This document shows positions 1 through 11,749 of a stretch of 21,810 bases of DNA, piece by piece (the first letter of the stretch is position 1; every line of letters begins with the position of its first letter). A program made the translations under genes and the position numbers. The notes below the pieces were generated by a model, which did not search any database, had not been told where the DNA came from, and was given only the letters and a program-made list of their open reading frames with translations. The DNA is from Amoeboradix gromovi X-113 (taxonomy: Eukaryota; Fungi; Sanchytriomycota), in NCBI GenBank assembly GCA_018985225.1, contig JADGIF010000087.1:1-21810 (forward strand), written 5' to 3'.

Positions 1-52
1 CTCTTCACCCGCTTTTTACCCCTAGTCTAGTTTTTACAGAGCATGTCCCAAC

Positions 53-357
53 TGGTATATCAAATATAAAAACTTGACTAACTTTCTGAAATAGTTTGAA
101 TCATTATATCAAGTGTGTATTAACCGACAGTAAATTACATTAAATTAATCTTATTGGTTGCATCTTTTGCTTAGACACTCAAAGACCTTATTTGAAAGAG
201 AAAGTGGGTCATCTTGTTTTATTTTAAAGAGAGGAATGACATTAATGAAAGAAAATTGGTTTAAAAGAAGAAGGACTTTTATTAATAACAGTATTTCCTC
301 CTTATGGAGTACCTCATTTAAAAACTACTTGGTCTAGTTTTTATATTTGGTGTCCCA
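53..357. mobile_element. Putative MITE-like non-autonomous element (~305 bp) bounded by imperfect 28-bp inverted repeats
   Basis: 53-80 (tggtatatcaaatataaaaacttgacta) is an imperfect reverse complement of 330-357 (tggtctagtttttatatttggtgtccca). Related copies lie at 23-50 (inverted) and 21654-21681. No ORF inside, and no clear TSD. Confidence 0.5.
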
Positions 358-1534
358 TGTATACAAATCTGCATATCCTTATTAAAGATTTCAAGTTATA
401 CGAAAAAAGAGATCATTTTCTGACACTGAATGGTGCGTTATTGGATTTTTGTATCTAGGTACATCACCTGAAGTATTCAGTTTCTTGTCATTAGAGTTAT
501 ACTTGGCTTTCCTATTTGGGAAAAAGTTTTTCGGCTCATTAGCGTCCCAGGACTTGATTTAACTTGCACAGAAGTAGACAATGACTCTCTCTATAGCATT
601 TTCTATTGCTCATCAATTGGCAGATCATTAAAAAGTCCATTACATAGAATGCTGGTAAAGACTGTTGAATAAATGAATATCTTTAATTTTGCAGCTCATC
701 TAGTACAACCTACAGTAAAAGCACTACTTCTTGTTGAAAACAAATAGAGGTTGGAATATAAATACAATTAGTGATACCTAGAATATGCAAATTAACAAAT
801 GATCAAGACAAGCTGTGTACAAGTATAAACACTAGAGATGTGGCATGATGTACTTGCCTATTAAAGTTGGAAAGCAATTAATTGCTTATCCCGACAAGAT
901 ACAAGCAAACCAATAGGAGTAGTTCGAAATCTAACTAGTCCACGAAAGTCTATTCGTATATGAAAATTGTTTGGAAGAGAAGAGGAATTCGAAACGAGAC
1001 TCCGTTGGTATGTTAGATTAAGTCAGTCTTCAAGATTGATTAAGGACGGATTCCGATTAAAACGTAATACGTCCAGTGCTCTATGCCAAATGTTTATGAA
1101 ATGCTACAATTACTGCCAAAATCCATTTTTTAAAGGTACCGAGAATCACATAACTGCATATATCTTTGTGGTTCGTAGGGAAAATAAAATAAAAAAGGCT
1201 TTCTTAGACAGGTTATTGAAGATTAACCACACGCAATCAATGCACCCAAAACAGGCTGCACTTGGTGATCCCTGAACAAGACGACATTAAAAACATCAAG
1301 ACAGAATATCAAAATATTTATCTATTGAGATATCGCAGCATCTGCTAAGTGGGAACTAGCCAAGCTATTTCGAAAGAGATATTGCCAGTGCATTTTCATA
1401 TTGATAGAAGGCTTAAAGTCATATTTTGGGACTGACAGAACTTCCAGGAGGTCCTCAGACTTAAAGTGGAGATATTTTGTGAAATTGGGTCCCATATGTA
1501 TAGCTACTCAACCCTTCTTTACGACAGTGGAGGT

Positions 1535-1567
1535 GCTACTAGTTTTTCTGTGTAAATTCTCAATTTC
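1535..1567. repeat. Short fragment of the dispersed intergenic repeat family (copy A)
   Basis: gctactagtttttctgtgtaaattctcaatttc matches 21575-21607 at 30/33 nt in the same orientation. Confidence 0.7.
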
Positions 1568-1912
1568 TTGTTTGGCTTCCATTATTGAAGGAGTTGGAGT
1601 TCAATTGACAAAAAAGTTAGATAGCCTAGTCTAATCTAGCGACAAAGTTCGGGACAAGTTTATCATTATAAGTTGTGGGTGTTGTCCCGCGTGAAGTAAA
1701 AGTTTTGAAAAGCAAATTGAGAGATTTAATTATAGTATTGAGTTAGAGAAATAAAAATGATACTGTCAGCAACAATTGATTTCTTCGCTAGGATTCAGAT
1801 CAGGTCTGTGGTTAGCATCATTCAGTATTAGTGAAGTTTCGATATTGCAAGAGATTCAGTTACTCACGTGAGCCGGCGAATCATCGAAAGTTATAACATC
1901 TCCTACTTTACA

Positions 1913-3395
1913 ATGTCCATAAAGGAATTCTCCAACATCTTTTGCTATAGTGCAGAAGGGTTCCCAAGTACAGACTCAGGCACACTAAGAATTGCGCCTG
2001 CAGGATTAGGTTGGAAAAGCAAAACTGTAATTACAATCGCGACAGATGAGATTGTCAAAGCACAATGGATGCGATCTTTTAGAGGATACCAGTTTCGTGT
2101 ATTTTGCAAGAATGATCCATTTAAATCAAAAAGTCCATTTGTTAAATTTGATGGGTTTGATAGGAACGACTTAGATGATTTGAATTCTGCAATTAAGCAG
2201 CATTTTAAACAATCTATTGAAATAAAAGAATGGAATGTTAAAGGCCAGAATTGGGGAAAGGCAGAACTAACGGGTTCTCATTTGAACTTTGTGTCTGGTA
2301 AACCTGTTTTTGAAATCCCATATGGATGCATCACTAATGCCAATCTTGCGAATAAGAACGAAGTAGCTCTTGATATAGAGCCCTATGATCAAGGTGATCA
2401 GCTTGTGGATATTAGAATGTTTGTTCCTGGCATGTCCGCAGGCAACGATGAACAAACTGCTGCAGAGTATCTTCACAATAGCGTCAAGATGAAGGCTGAT
2501 CTTCAAGCCGTTTCTGGAAAGACTGTGATGTCTTTCAATGAACTTCCGTTTCTTACACCTCGCGGTAGATATGAAATGGATATTTATGAAGATTTTATCC
2601 GTCTTCGCGGCAAAACTTATGATTTTAAAATTGATTTCCGAAGCATCATTAAGATATTCAGTTTACAAAAGCCTGATGATAACAACCACCTAGTGGTTAT
2701 TGCTCTTGATCCTCCTGTAAGCCAAGGTCAAACGAGATACCCATTTCTGGTATTAAATTTTAGCTCTGAGGATGAAGAAGAAATCCAGATTAACGCCAAT
2801 GACACATTTAAATCTAGATACGGTCTTCCCGCCTCTTACGAAAACCCTCTTTATTTTACAATCACTGATGTAATTTCAAAGATATCAGGAAGGGAAGCTA
2901 TCTTCAGTGGAGCTTTTCAGAGGTATTTTATATTAATATAGTCATTATAGGAAGGGCGGAGTTAAGTGCTCCTCCAAGGCTACCGAAGGGTTCTTGTACT
3001 TATTAGAAAATGCTTTTTTATTTATTCCAAAGAATTCGTTATTCATTCCTTATAATGATGTCTCTCATGTTAGCTTTTCCCGTGTAAGTGCTAGTGGCTC
3101 AAATGCTAGTCGCACTTTTGATATGAACCTTAATTTGAAATCTGGCCAAACCGTCTTATTTTCAAACATTGGAAGAGAAGAACATGCCAATATCAACAAA
3201 TTCCTACAAACTAAACAAATCGAGACTATCGAAGAAGAAGAAGCTGCTCAGCAGTATACGATTGACGAGGTTGTCCCAATGGATTTGGATGATGATGATG
3301 ATGATGAGAGCTCCCCTGATGAAGATTTTAATCCAAACGCTGTTGATCCTGAAGAATTAGAAGTCAGCGATGTTGAGCCTGAGACCGATGGGTAA
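1913..3395 (+). CDS. POB3: FACT complex subunit Pob3/SSRP1 (exons 1913-2922, 2942-3395; ~487 aa; no HMG box)
   Basis: Motifs KGQNWG, KNEVAL, TPRGRY, RLRGKTYDFKI, LDPPVSQGQTRYPFLV, RTFD and an acidic tail. Removing a 19-nt intron joins two ORFs and gives FQSHYRKGGVKCSSKATEGFLY, like fungal Pob3. First ATG is at 1913. Confidence 0.95.
2923..2941 (+). other. 19-nt spliceosomal intron (phase 2) in POB3
   Basis: GTATTTTATATTAATATAG. Removal restores the frame. An alternative in-frame AG at 2950 (28 nt) would delete 3 residues and lacks the TAAYNWAG motif. Confidence 0.88.
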
Positions 3396-3419
3396 TTTAA
3401 TAAAGTACTTATCGTGACT

Positions 3420-3866
3420 GTATGTTCTATATCGCTCATCTTTTTAACTTTACAACACCTCGATAATGTTTTTATCAACCGTAAACGGCTCAAGTCGTCT
3501 TATCCTCAATCTTTCAATTCCAAGCCAGTAGACATAGAATATGTTCTTCCTTTACCTCTGTCTGATGTCTCTCAGCACCCAGAAAGAGAATTCTATATAA
3601 TCTACAAGGCACTCTGGAGCCCTTTGATATTCCAGATATTCCTCAAAAGAGGTTACCATCTAATAAACACAGTGGAACTGGCCATTTACAGTTAGATAGA
3701 CATCATATAGTAGCAAGAAATATAAACCTCGAAATTTATGCATCCGTATTCAAATATACCTCAGGGTACTGCAAGCGTGAGGAGCAGCTGTGATGGATCG
3801 ACTAGCATTGTTAGAGTGTCTGCGGATGTTATTAATTTTCTCTTAAACTGAGGACTTTTAAGGAGT
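3420..3866. repeat. Decayed copy B of the dispersed intergenic repeat family
   Basis: 3759-3781 (cctcagggtactgcaagcgtgag) aligns with 12183-12205 and 21527-21549. It shares the aggactttta end motif, with weaker similarity back to ~3420. Boundaries are approximate. Confidence 0.65.
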
Positions 3867-3899
3867 TAAAGAATATGAATTTACATTTAACATTGTTTA

Positions 3900-6226
3900 T
3901 TATCTTGTTTCCCAAGTATCAAATGTCATCCAGAAAGTATTTGTCAGCACATCTTCCTTTGCTACTCGCTCTAAAAGCCCTTCTAGTTTTTTCTTTAATC
4001 CTATTAAGTGTGAGTTTTGAGATGGATCTACGTTAATACAAATCTACCAAAATATAGGTTAAACACCTCCCACTGCATAACTACCTCTCTATTATTAATC
4101 GATACTTCTATCCAGGTCCCCTCTTGTTTTCCGTAGAGTAAATGTGCCATACCAATTGCTGACTCGCCTTGTGAATTTATCAAAAACGGATCAGCTCCCA
4201 TCCACAATAACACTTGTATGCATTCCAAGTGTCCATTTTGTATTGCCTCGTGTAATGGGGTATATTGATCTACATTGTCTTGGTCATTTATGTTGATATA
4301 TTGCAACGCTAACAAACACATATAAGAGTTACCATGTCTCGCAGCAACATGCAGCAGTGTGCTACCAGTTTCTGTTCTCATTTCTGCATTTGCATTGTAT
4401 TTCAGTAGCACAGCATTAACTCCTACATTTTGATGGCATAATAATATGAACAGCGAATGCTTTACAGTGCTAGTATTGTTTCTAAGCAGCAATAACATTA
4501 TCGACCAGTTATTGCGTGCACAGGCAATGTCTATTGGTAGTACTTGAGAGTGTATGTTAGGAGCTCTAATAACCCTCACTTTTGGACTATTTGATGACAC
4601 GTTGAGATTGGGATTAGATGCACTACCACCGGTGTTTTTCATGTATGTACTCAGGTAGTGGCAGTTACTCTGGGCCAAAATGATTCGGGGTATTCTCTTA
4701 ATTGCGTAACAGCCAGTATGTTCTTTAGTAGGTACGCTAAATTTGAATTCATCAGGACTGGCCTTAAAAGTTTCGTTCCACTTAGAGGTACTTGCACTAT
4801 AGTCTACTGTACATTTGTTACTAGTCTTAAAATACTGCCATCTAAAACCATCTGCAGATTTTACTAAAGGATCAACAAACTCCAAGTGATTACCCAAATT
4901 GGCAATTAAAGCATAAAGTCCTAGTCTAATCCCTCTCATTTGATCCGCGCCACTAGTTAGCAACAAAGCAACACATTCAGGCGATGTTAGATTACTGCAG
5001 CAACAAGCGGCTAGCAATGGAGTAACATCGTACCAGCTGTGATCTATTTTAGGCTGCTTAGATTGAAGCCACTCTATTAGCACTTCGTTTAGCCCTGCAA
5101 ATGCACTAGCGATAATTGTTGATGGTTTCTTGATAGATGTATCCATAGGCATAAAACAGCTACGTTCAGTATACTGTACAGAAATCGGGTCATTGATAAC
5201 TAGCTTGTTGATTATCTTTTCTTCACAATAAACATCAAAAGGTATAGAATATGACATTACTGGTTTATCTTTTTTGCTCTTTTTAGCCGGAGATATTGAA
5301 TTAGTAACAGTTGTGCCATGTAGAGTGTTGACTGAATTATCGCTTTCATTAGACATCTTTTTATCTTGATTCTTTTTAACCCATTTAAGAAGAGAGGTGC
5401 CACTAACTGATTTCTTGTGGGATTTCTTGATGCTGTAAGTTATTTCATTATTAGCGAACAAGTACTCATTGCTAGAAGCACTATGATTAGCCTCCTTCAG
5501 ATCCATAGAATAGTGTGATTTTGACAAAGTAGGAGGGACTAGAAATGAACCAGGACCAAATTCAAAAACAGTCCTTTCAATTACTTTTGACACGAAGTCA
5601 TAAATAGCAAAAGGAATTTCTGGTTCATTAGAAGGAGGACCAATATTTAGCCATCTACTTCTGTCAGTTTTTAAAATGTTGGTAAACAGCAACAAACACA
5701 TTATAGATAGATCCGAAAATGCTAACAAATCTTGTTCATAAGAGGATATAGGAAAGTCGTCATACAAAGAGGGCCAGTGTTTTTGCATTGGTATCGTGTT
5801 GATTACAATTTTACCATCTTTGGAGTTCAATAATAACTCCTGATCGTACACTCTCTCACTTATCTTAATTTGATGGCTGGTCTCATGGCTAACTGTGGAT
5901 ATGGTCATCTTTTTGGGTAACGGAAGTACTGGAGGAGAAGTTTGGATTCTATCAACCAAAAATAGTAAGTTCTTATGAATGTTAATATTTCTCTTTCGTT
6001 GGTGCTTCTTGTACGTAAATAGTTTCTTCTTCAGTTTAGCGGAAGGAACATCTGTCCGAAAATTAGGCTTACCAAGAACAGTTGGGAAATGGATTGAATA
6101 TAATGGAATCTTCCGTTTCTTTAAATATTCGCTGCTGAAATTAATTAAAATTATATCTTGCGTATGATGTAGACAGTTATTGCTTAGCACTTGCTCAGCC
6201 CAATTCAATTGTGAGTATTTAAGCAT
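3900..6226 (-). CDS. Ankyrin-repeat protein, function unknown (exons 6226-4048, 4027-3900; ~768 aa)
   Basis: Ankyrin motifs VTPLLAAC, LPIDIACARNN, GSTLLHVAARHGN and YTPLHEAIQNGHLECIQVLLWMGADP. A 20-nt consensus intron opens a 42-codon last exon whose TAA overlaps AATAAA. Confidence 0.85.
4028..4047 (-). other. 20-nt spliceosomal intron (phase 1) in the ankyrin gene
   Basis: Minus-strand GTAGATTTGTATTAACGTAG fits the consensus of the other five. The ORF stop is the intron's terminal TAG. There is no homology check on the last exon. Confidence 0.75.
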
Positions 6227-6497
6227 TTGAAATTCGTAAGATTCTTGGTGTTTCGAAATTATTAACCACTAATTTTAAATTCCTATGCAACACATAAGCT
6301 AAAACCAATTGATTGCAGAGTCAGATAACGTGCTCTTATTTATAAGATGTAATGGGTATTCCAGGAGTGTTATCTTAATTTTTTTAATTAAGTAAATCTG
6401 GAAAACTAAAATAAAGCTCTGGTAGTTCACATTGAACACTTCAAATTATTTTGAAATATTTTAATGGTGTTGTAATTTCAAGATAATCCGTGTAACA

Positions 6498-7761
6498 ATG
6501 CTTCGTTGCGCAAAAAGGTTTTTAAACTTGCATGAGTATCAGTCTATGCAAATCTTGAGCGACTTTAAAATTGCCATTCCCAAAGGTAAGGTAGCCTCTA
6601 CTCCTGAGGAGGCCGCTCAGTTTTCAAAAGAGTTCCCAAGTGCTGTAATTAAAGCTCAGGTCTTGGCAGGTGGTCGCGGAAAAGGCCATTTTGATTCTGG
6701 ACTGCAAGGCGGTGTCCAGCTCACCAGCAACTCTGCTCAAATTAAGGAATACGCTCAGAAAATGCTTGGTCATCGACTGATTACGAAGCAAACGGGTGCC
6801 CAAGGTAAACCATGTAACAAAGTATTTATTGTAGAGAAACTGCAACTAAAGAAAGAATATTACTTTGCTATTCTAAATGATCGTAAGCACCAAGGCCCCG
6901 TCTTGATTGCGAGTTCTGAGGGAGGTATGGATATTGAGCATGTTGCAGCCACTAATCCAAAAGCTATTGTGACTCAGCCTATAAACATCCACAATGGACT
7001 CACAAACTCGATTGCCAGAGATGTTGCAACTAAAATTGGATTTTCTGGTGATGCCATTGACCAGGCAGTTGGAATATTTCAAAAGCTTTACAAGGTGTTT
7101 ACAGAGAAGGATTGTACCATGATAGAAATCAATCCACTAGCTGAGCTTACTAACGGCAAAGTACTTTGCATGGATGCGAAACTAGGATTTGATGATAACG
7201 CAGAATTTAGACAGGAATCTATTTTCAAACAACGTGACTTTTCACAAGAGGATACTAGAGAGGTAGAAGCATCCAAGTACCTTTTAAACTATATTGGACT
7301 AGACGGACATGTAGGGTGCCTTGTTAATGGTGCGGGTTTAGCAATGGCGACAATGGATGTTTTGAAACTCAATGGCGGCGATCCTGCTAATTTCTTGGAT
7401 GTTGGTGGCTCTGCAAGTACAAAGCAGGTTACAGCTGCATTTAAGATTATCTCTTCAGATGAAAGAGTAGATGCCATCTTTGTAAATATCTTTGGAGGTA
7501 TTCAGTAATAATATAGGGATAATGAAATGCGACGTGATTGCTGAAGGTATCATTACTGCTTGCAAAACTCTTGATTTAAAGATTCCTCTAATTGTTAGAT
7601 TGCAAGGTACTAATGTGGAAAAGGCAAAAAAAATGATTGCATCATCGCAACTTCCTATTATTAGTGAAGACGACTTGGACAAGGCAGCAAATAAAGCTGT
7701 TGTTTTTTCAAAGATATATTCATTAGCCAAGTCAGTAGGAGTTAACATTAAAGTGGAATAA
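6498..7761 (+). CDS. LSC2: Succinyl-CoA ligase beta subunit, mitochondrial (exons 6498-7497, 7517-7761; ~414 aa)
   Basis: [59 protein letters not shown]. Splicing restores NIFGGIMKCD, followed by VRLQGTN. Confidence 0.96.
7498..7516 (+). other. 19-nt spliceosomal intron (phase 1) in succinyl-CoA ligase beta
   Basis: GTATTCAGTAATAATATAG sits inside the highly conserved FGGI motif, which fixes its length at 19 nt. Confidence 0.93.
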
Positions 7762-7802
7762 ATAATTTTTAACCATCTATAAAGAGGCCATTGGCTTGAT
7801 AA

Positions 7803-9373
7803 ATGGAATCGAAAAAGAATTCACTATCTTCTCTGATGCTTAATAGTTGGGACTCGAACGAAGATACAAATGCTAAAAATAAAAAGGTTGATAATGATGG
7901 GGAAGAGATATTAGATTTTTTAAAGAAAAATCTTGATAACAAACATAGCAGCAATGAAAGTTTGTTGGGATTTCTTGAAGATAACAAGCAGAGAAGAGTC
8001 CCTGAAAACCCCAAATTAAAGACCAACGAGAATATTAATACTAGTCTATTAGATTTACTAGATTCTAGGGACAAGAAGAACCAGCAAGACAAGAAAGATG
8101 GCGAGAGGCCGCCTTTAAGGGATAAGAATAATCAGGAGCAAATTCATAAACTAGAAGACAAGATCAGTGCTGATGACTTGCTAAAAATAGTGGAATCTTC
8201 AATACCTATCTCCGAAAAAGACCTGCCTAAAAATGACAAATCAAAATTAACTGCAACTAAAAACATCGAGATAAGAAAAATTGTAGAAGACGCTCTAGAC
8301 TCTAAATTTGGTTTATTGGTGACTGATTTTCAGAAAAAGTTTGACTTTGTTGAGGAGATTCAATCTAATCTTAACAGCGTCGTAAATGAATTAAACACTG
8401 AAAATAACAAGCGAAAGATGTATCAGCAGGATCTGGTAAATATCAAGGATTCGATCTCAGATGCCGGAGAGAAGATTTTGTTTGTAGTAGAAAAAACCAA
8501 TGATGCATATGAAAAAACTTGCAACTTACTAAATGGCGTTAGCGATACTAAATCGAAGGTAACTGTCTTTTAATTTAGCTGGAATCATCCTCCTCTAAAA
8601 TTGATTTTGCCCTCAAAGCTTTCGCATCAGACATTTCAACAAATTTAAAGAGTTCTCAAAAATTGCATTCTGATGTCGAAATGTGTCTGAATTCCATTGA
8701 AGATATGAAGAGTCTAATCTGTCAGAACTCTCAAGATAGAGAGAGCTTTAGTAAAGAAAAAAGGGATTGGATGGATTTAGAAATGAAAATAAGTGACATG
8801 CTACTTGAGCAGGAAAAAAAACTTCAACTCGATAAATCAGAACTCGAACATACTTATAGTCAGAGAATTAAGGATTTAGAGGTGAAAGAAAAGAAATTGG
8901 TAGTAAAAGATGGGATTTTTAAAGCCGAGGTAGACAGAAACTGGGCAGAACAGCAATCCCTAAGTTGTCTAAAAGAAGAAATATTGGATATCAAAAGGGA
9001 TCTAGAGAAACAGAGAAGAGAGCTTGCTATGGAAAAATCATCACTTCATTCAGAAAAGCAAATTTTTGATTCAGAAAAGACTCAGTTTGCGAGTTTATAT
9101 AAGGAAATCTGTGAAAACAGGGACTTCCTTAGCAAAGAAAGGAAAAGACTTAAAGATTGGACCGAAAGTAACAAAACACAAGAGGACCAGCTGCTATTAA
9201 CATTGGAAGAGATTCGGGAAGAAAAGGAATCACTTTCTGAATTAAAGAAAGAGCTTATGACCATTCCTTTAAAACCATACCGAAGAAAGAATAATTCTGA
9301 TATTGTAATGAAGAGAAAACTAGCTATAAATAGGCTAGAAAGGTATAGTCACGACATTCAGCAGAAACTATAG
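7803..9373 (+). CDS. Hypothetical coiled-coil protein (exons 7803-8558, 8579-9373; ~516 aa)
   Basis: Two K/E/L-rich ORFs are joined in frame by a 20-nt consensus intron. The C-terminal half has heptad-like composition. Family not recognised. Confidence 0.75.
8559..8578 (+). other. 20-nt spliceosomal intron (phase 0) in the coiled-coil gene
   Basis: GTAACTGTCTTTTAATTTAG. Removal fuses ORF 7803 with the open frame running 8579-9373. Confidence 0.82.
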
Positions 9374-9498
9374 TTCCTAACAAGTTTTTAATATAAATAG
9401 ATTGAAAGTAATAAATAACTCTAACTAGTTAAATCAATTTATAGGTAAGTTTCATTTTTGCGTTGAAATACGTGACTCACCCAAAACCTTTTACCAAT

Positions 9499-10566
9499 AT
9501 GAACTTTTTAGATTTATTATACTCTATACCCATTCTGGTTGTTTATGCTTCTATTCAGATTTCTACAATATTAAGCCCTATGAACTGTTTGGATGATAGA
9601 CCGAGCTCGAGCTTATTTCTATTTATAGCAGACCCGCAGATTGAGGGAATGTACAAACTAAATCAAGGATGGATTGATGCACTTGACTTATATGTCAATG
9701 ACATCTCAATGTCATTGGTATACAGATTGGCGTATTTTCAGTATCAACCAGAATATGTGGTGATTTTAGGAGATCTTTTTAGCTTTCAGCATACTCAGAA
9801 CCCGGAGTTCGAATGGAGATTAAAGCGGTACAAAAGAATGTTCCCTATTTATAATGAGCATTTTTATAATTTGTCGGGAAATCATGATATTGGGTATGGC
9901 TGGGATATGCGAGAATGGATGGTAAAGAGATATGAGTCAGCTTTTGGTCAAACAAACTTCATTGTTAAGACTGCTGAATTTGAAATGATATTTCTTAATT
10001 CGATGGCTCTGGATGGTACATTTGAAGATTCTATTTTCAACAACACATGGAATTTTGTAAAATCCTTACCTGAAAAAGAAAAGCCAAGGTTGTTGTTTAT
10101 GCATATACCATTGTATCCTAGTAACGTCACTTACTGTGAATCGAATAGCTATCGAGAATCAAACGGGTTGTTCCATTTCCAAAACTACTTAACAAAAGAC
10201 TCATCATTATCACTTCTAAATCTTTTAAGCCCAGATTTCGTTATATCCGGGCATAATCACGATGGCTGCTTAAGCGAAATACATAGAAGCCCAGATTATA
10301 AAGTTGAAGAATTTAAGTCTAGAGAACTAAACGGCACTCTGAGAAATACAACTTTTGCGCTTACTGTTAGATCCGTTATGGGTTTATATGATGGTGGGTT
10401 TGCTTTTCTTTCGGTGAGAGGCAGCAAATTTCATTACAAAGAGTGTATATCAGTCAATTTTTTGACGGTCAGAATATTTCTAGTTATTAATTTCATAATA
10501 TTGATTAGTTTTTTGATACTAATTTGCGCCTTTCGCCTTAGTAAATCTTTTAAAGGAGTAAAATAA
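9499..10566 (+). CDS. TED1: Membrane metallophosphoesterase, Ted1/PGAP5(MPPE1)-like GPI-remodelling enzyme
   Basis: Calcineurin-like motifs ADPQI, GDLF, GNHDIG, HIPL, GHNHDGC, a Ted1-like TVRSVMG, and N- and C-terminal hydrophobic segments. First ATG is at 9499. Confidence 0.85.
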   Translation: MNFLDLLYSIPILVVYASIQISTILSPMNCLDDRPSSSLFLFIADPQIEGMYKLNQGWIDALDLYVNDISMSLVYRLAYFQYQPEYVVILGDLFSFQHTQNPEFEWRLKRYKRMFPIYNEHFYNLSGNHDIGYGWDMREWMVKRYESAFGQTNFIVKTAEFEMIFLNSMALDGTFEDSIFNNTWNFVKSLPEKEKPRLLFMHIPLYPSNVTYCESNSYRESNGLFHFQNYLTKDSSLSLLNLLSPDFVISGHNHDGCLSEIHRSPDYKVEEFKSRELNGTLRNTTFALTVRSVMGLYDGGFAFLSVRGSKFHYKECISVNFLTVRIFLVINFIILISFLILICAFRLSKSFKGVK

Positions 10567-10601
10567 TTAAGAAGTGTTGATTCACAATTTATTTTTGTAA
10601 C

Positions 10602-11472
10602 ATGGCAGCTAGTTTCGCAGACATTGGGAAAAGCATTAATGACTTGTTGAGCAAAGACTTGCCAACAGCTATAAAGTTTGATTTCAAGAGCGTCCCGACT
10701 GACAAGAGAGCAGAATTCAAGGTCTCAGGTGCAAAAGACAACAAAGGTAATTTAACAGCGAAGTTGGAACAGACCTACAAAAACGCAGATGGCTTATCAA
10801 TTACTCACTCTTGGTCTACCGATAACAAAATCGGTCTAGACGTTGATTTGAGTGATTCGTTTACAAAGGGCCTTAAATTAGGTGCTGCATCAGGTTTTAA
10901 TACAAACGCAGGAATAGATGCTTTCAAGTTGTCTGCCACTTTAAAGAAGGAGGAATTTCATGTAGTTTTATTTAATTTAGGTCAAGACTACAATTGACGC
11001 TTTCAAGGGCCCAACAGTAGGTTTGGCTGCGAGCGCTGCTATTTCTGCTATTGAAGGCTTGATTGTTGGCACTGACGTCTCTTTTGACACAACCTCTACT
11101 GCTATCGACAAGTACAATTTTGCTATTGGTTATGCTCATCCAGATTATTATGTTGGTGTATTTTCAACCAACCAATTGCAAGATGTATCTGTAGGATACT
11201 ACCACAAAATCAGCTCTGACTTAGAAGCAGGGGCTAAGGCGTTGTGGAAAAGAACTGCTGGCGTTTTGGGAGGAATTGAGTTTGCAACAAAGTACAAATT
11301 GGATGATGTCAATGTTTTGAAGACTAAGATTGACCAAGCAGGAAAATTAGGACTGGGCTTTACTCACCAGTTGAAAGACGGATTCAAGGTTACTGTGGGT
11401 GGTAGTTTCGACACAACTAAGTTGGATGGCGGCTCACATTCAGTTGGCTTGTCATTCAATTTAGAAGCTTGA
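10602..11472 (+). CDS. POR1: Mitochondrial outer membrane porin VDAC (exons 10602-10961, 10981-11472; 283 aa)
   Basis: N-terminal FADIGKSINDLLSKD, YYHKIS, IEFATKYKLD, KTKID and C-terminal HSVGLSFNLEA. The spliced length of 283 aa is typical of VDAC. Confidence 0.95.
10962..10980 (+). other. 19-nt spliceosomal intron (phase 0) in VDAC
   Basis: GTAGTTTTATTTAATTTAG. Splicing gives FHVKTTIDAFKGPT, resembling fungal porin FH...FDLLKGPT. Confidence 0.9.
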
Positions 11473-11749
11473 GTAAAAAATTGAATTTTAGATCTTTTGG
11501 TTTCTTGCTTTAACTGTTATTTACACTCTACGCTTAATGTAGATTTAAAATCCTTCCATTTTCGAAGAAGTTCCGCGTTCTTAAACTTTAGACAACTTGT
11601 TACATATCATATTGGTACAATTCTACCTATTTTGCTTTTGAATTGCTCGATTAACTCTCGATGATCTTAATGATGAGACACTTTGCCGTCTGCAAAAATA
11701 TTCTTCACTGTCTCTGCTATGTTTTTACGGATAAACCCTCGCTGTAATA

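Noticed and set aside
495-507. 13-nt exact match agttatacttggc with 18992-19004
   Set aside because: Flanking similarity is weak. It may belong to the repeat family but cannot be supported by eye.
967-1634. ORFs 967-1275 and 1401-1634 as genes
   Set aside because: They have non-ATG starts and no recognisable motifs, and the second overlaps a repeat-family fragment. The region looks like decayed sequence.
1650-1689. Inverted repeat cgggacaa...ttgtcccg upstream of POB3
   Set aside because: Only an 8-bp stem with a 24-nt loop. It shares GGGACA with the TIR motif but could be chance.
3288-3306. (GAT)n microsatellite
   Set aside because: It encodes the normal acidic tail of Pob3.
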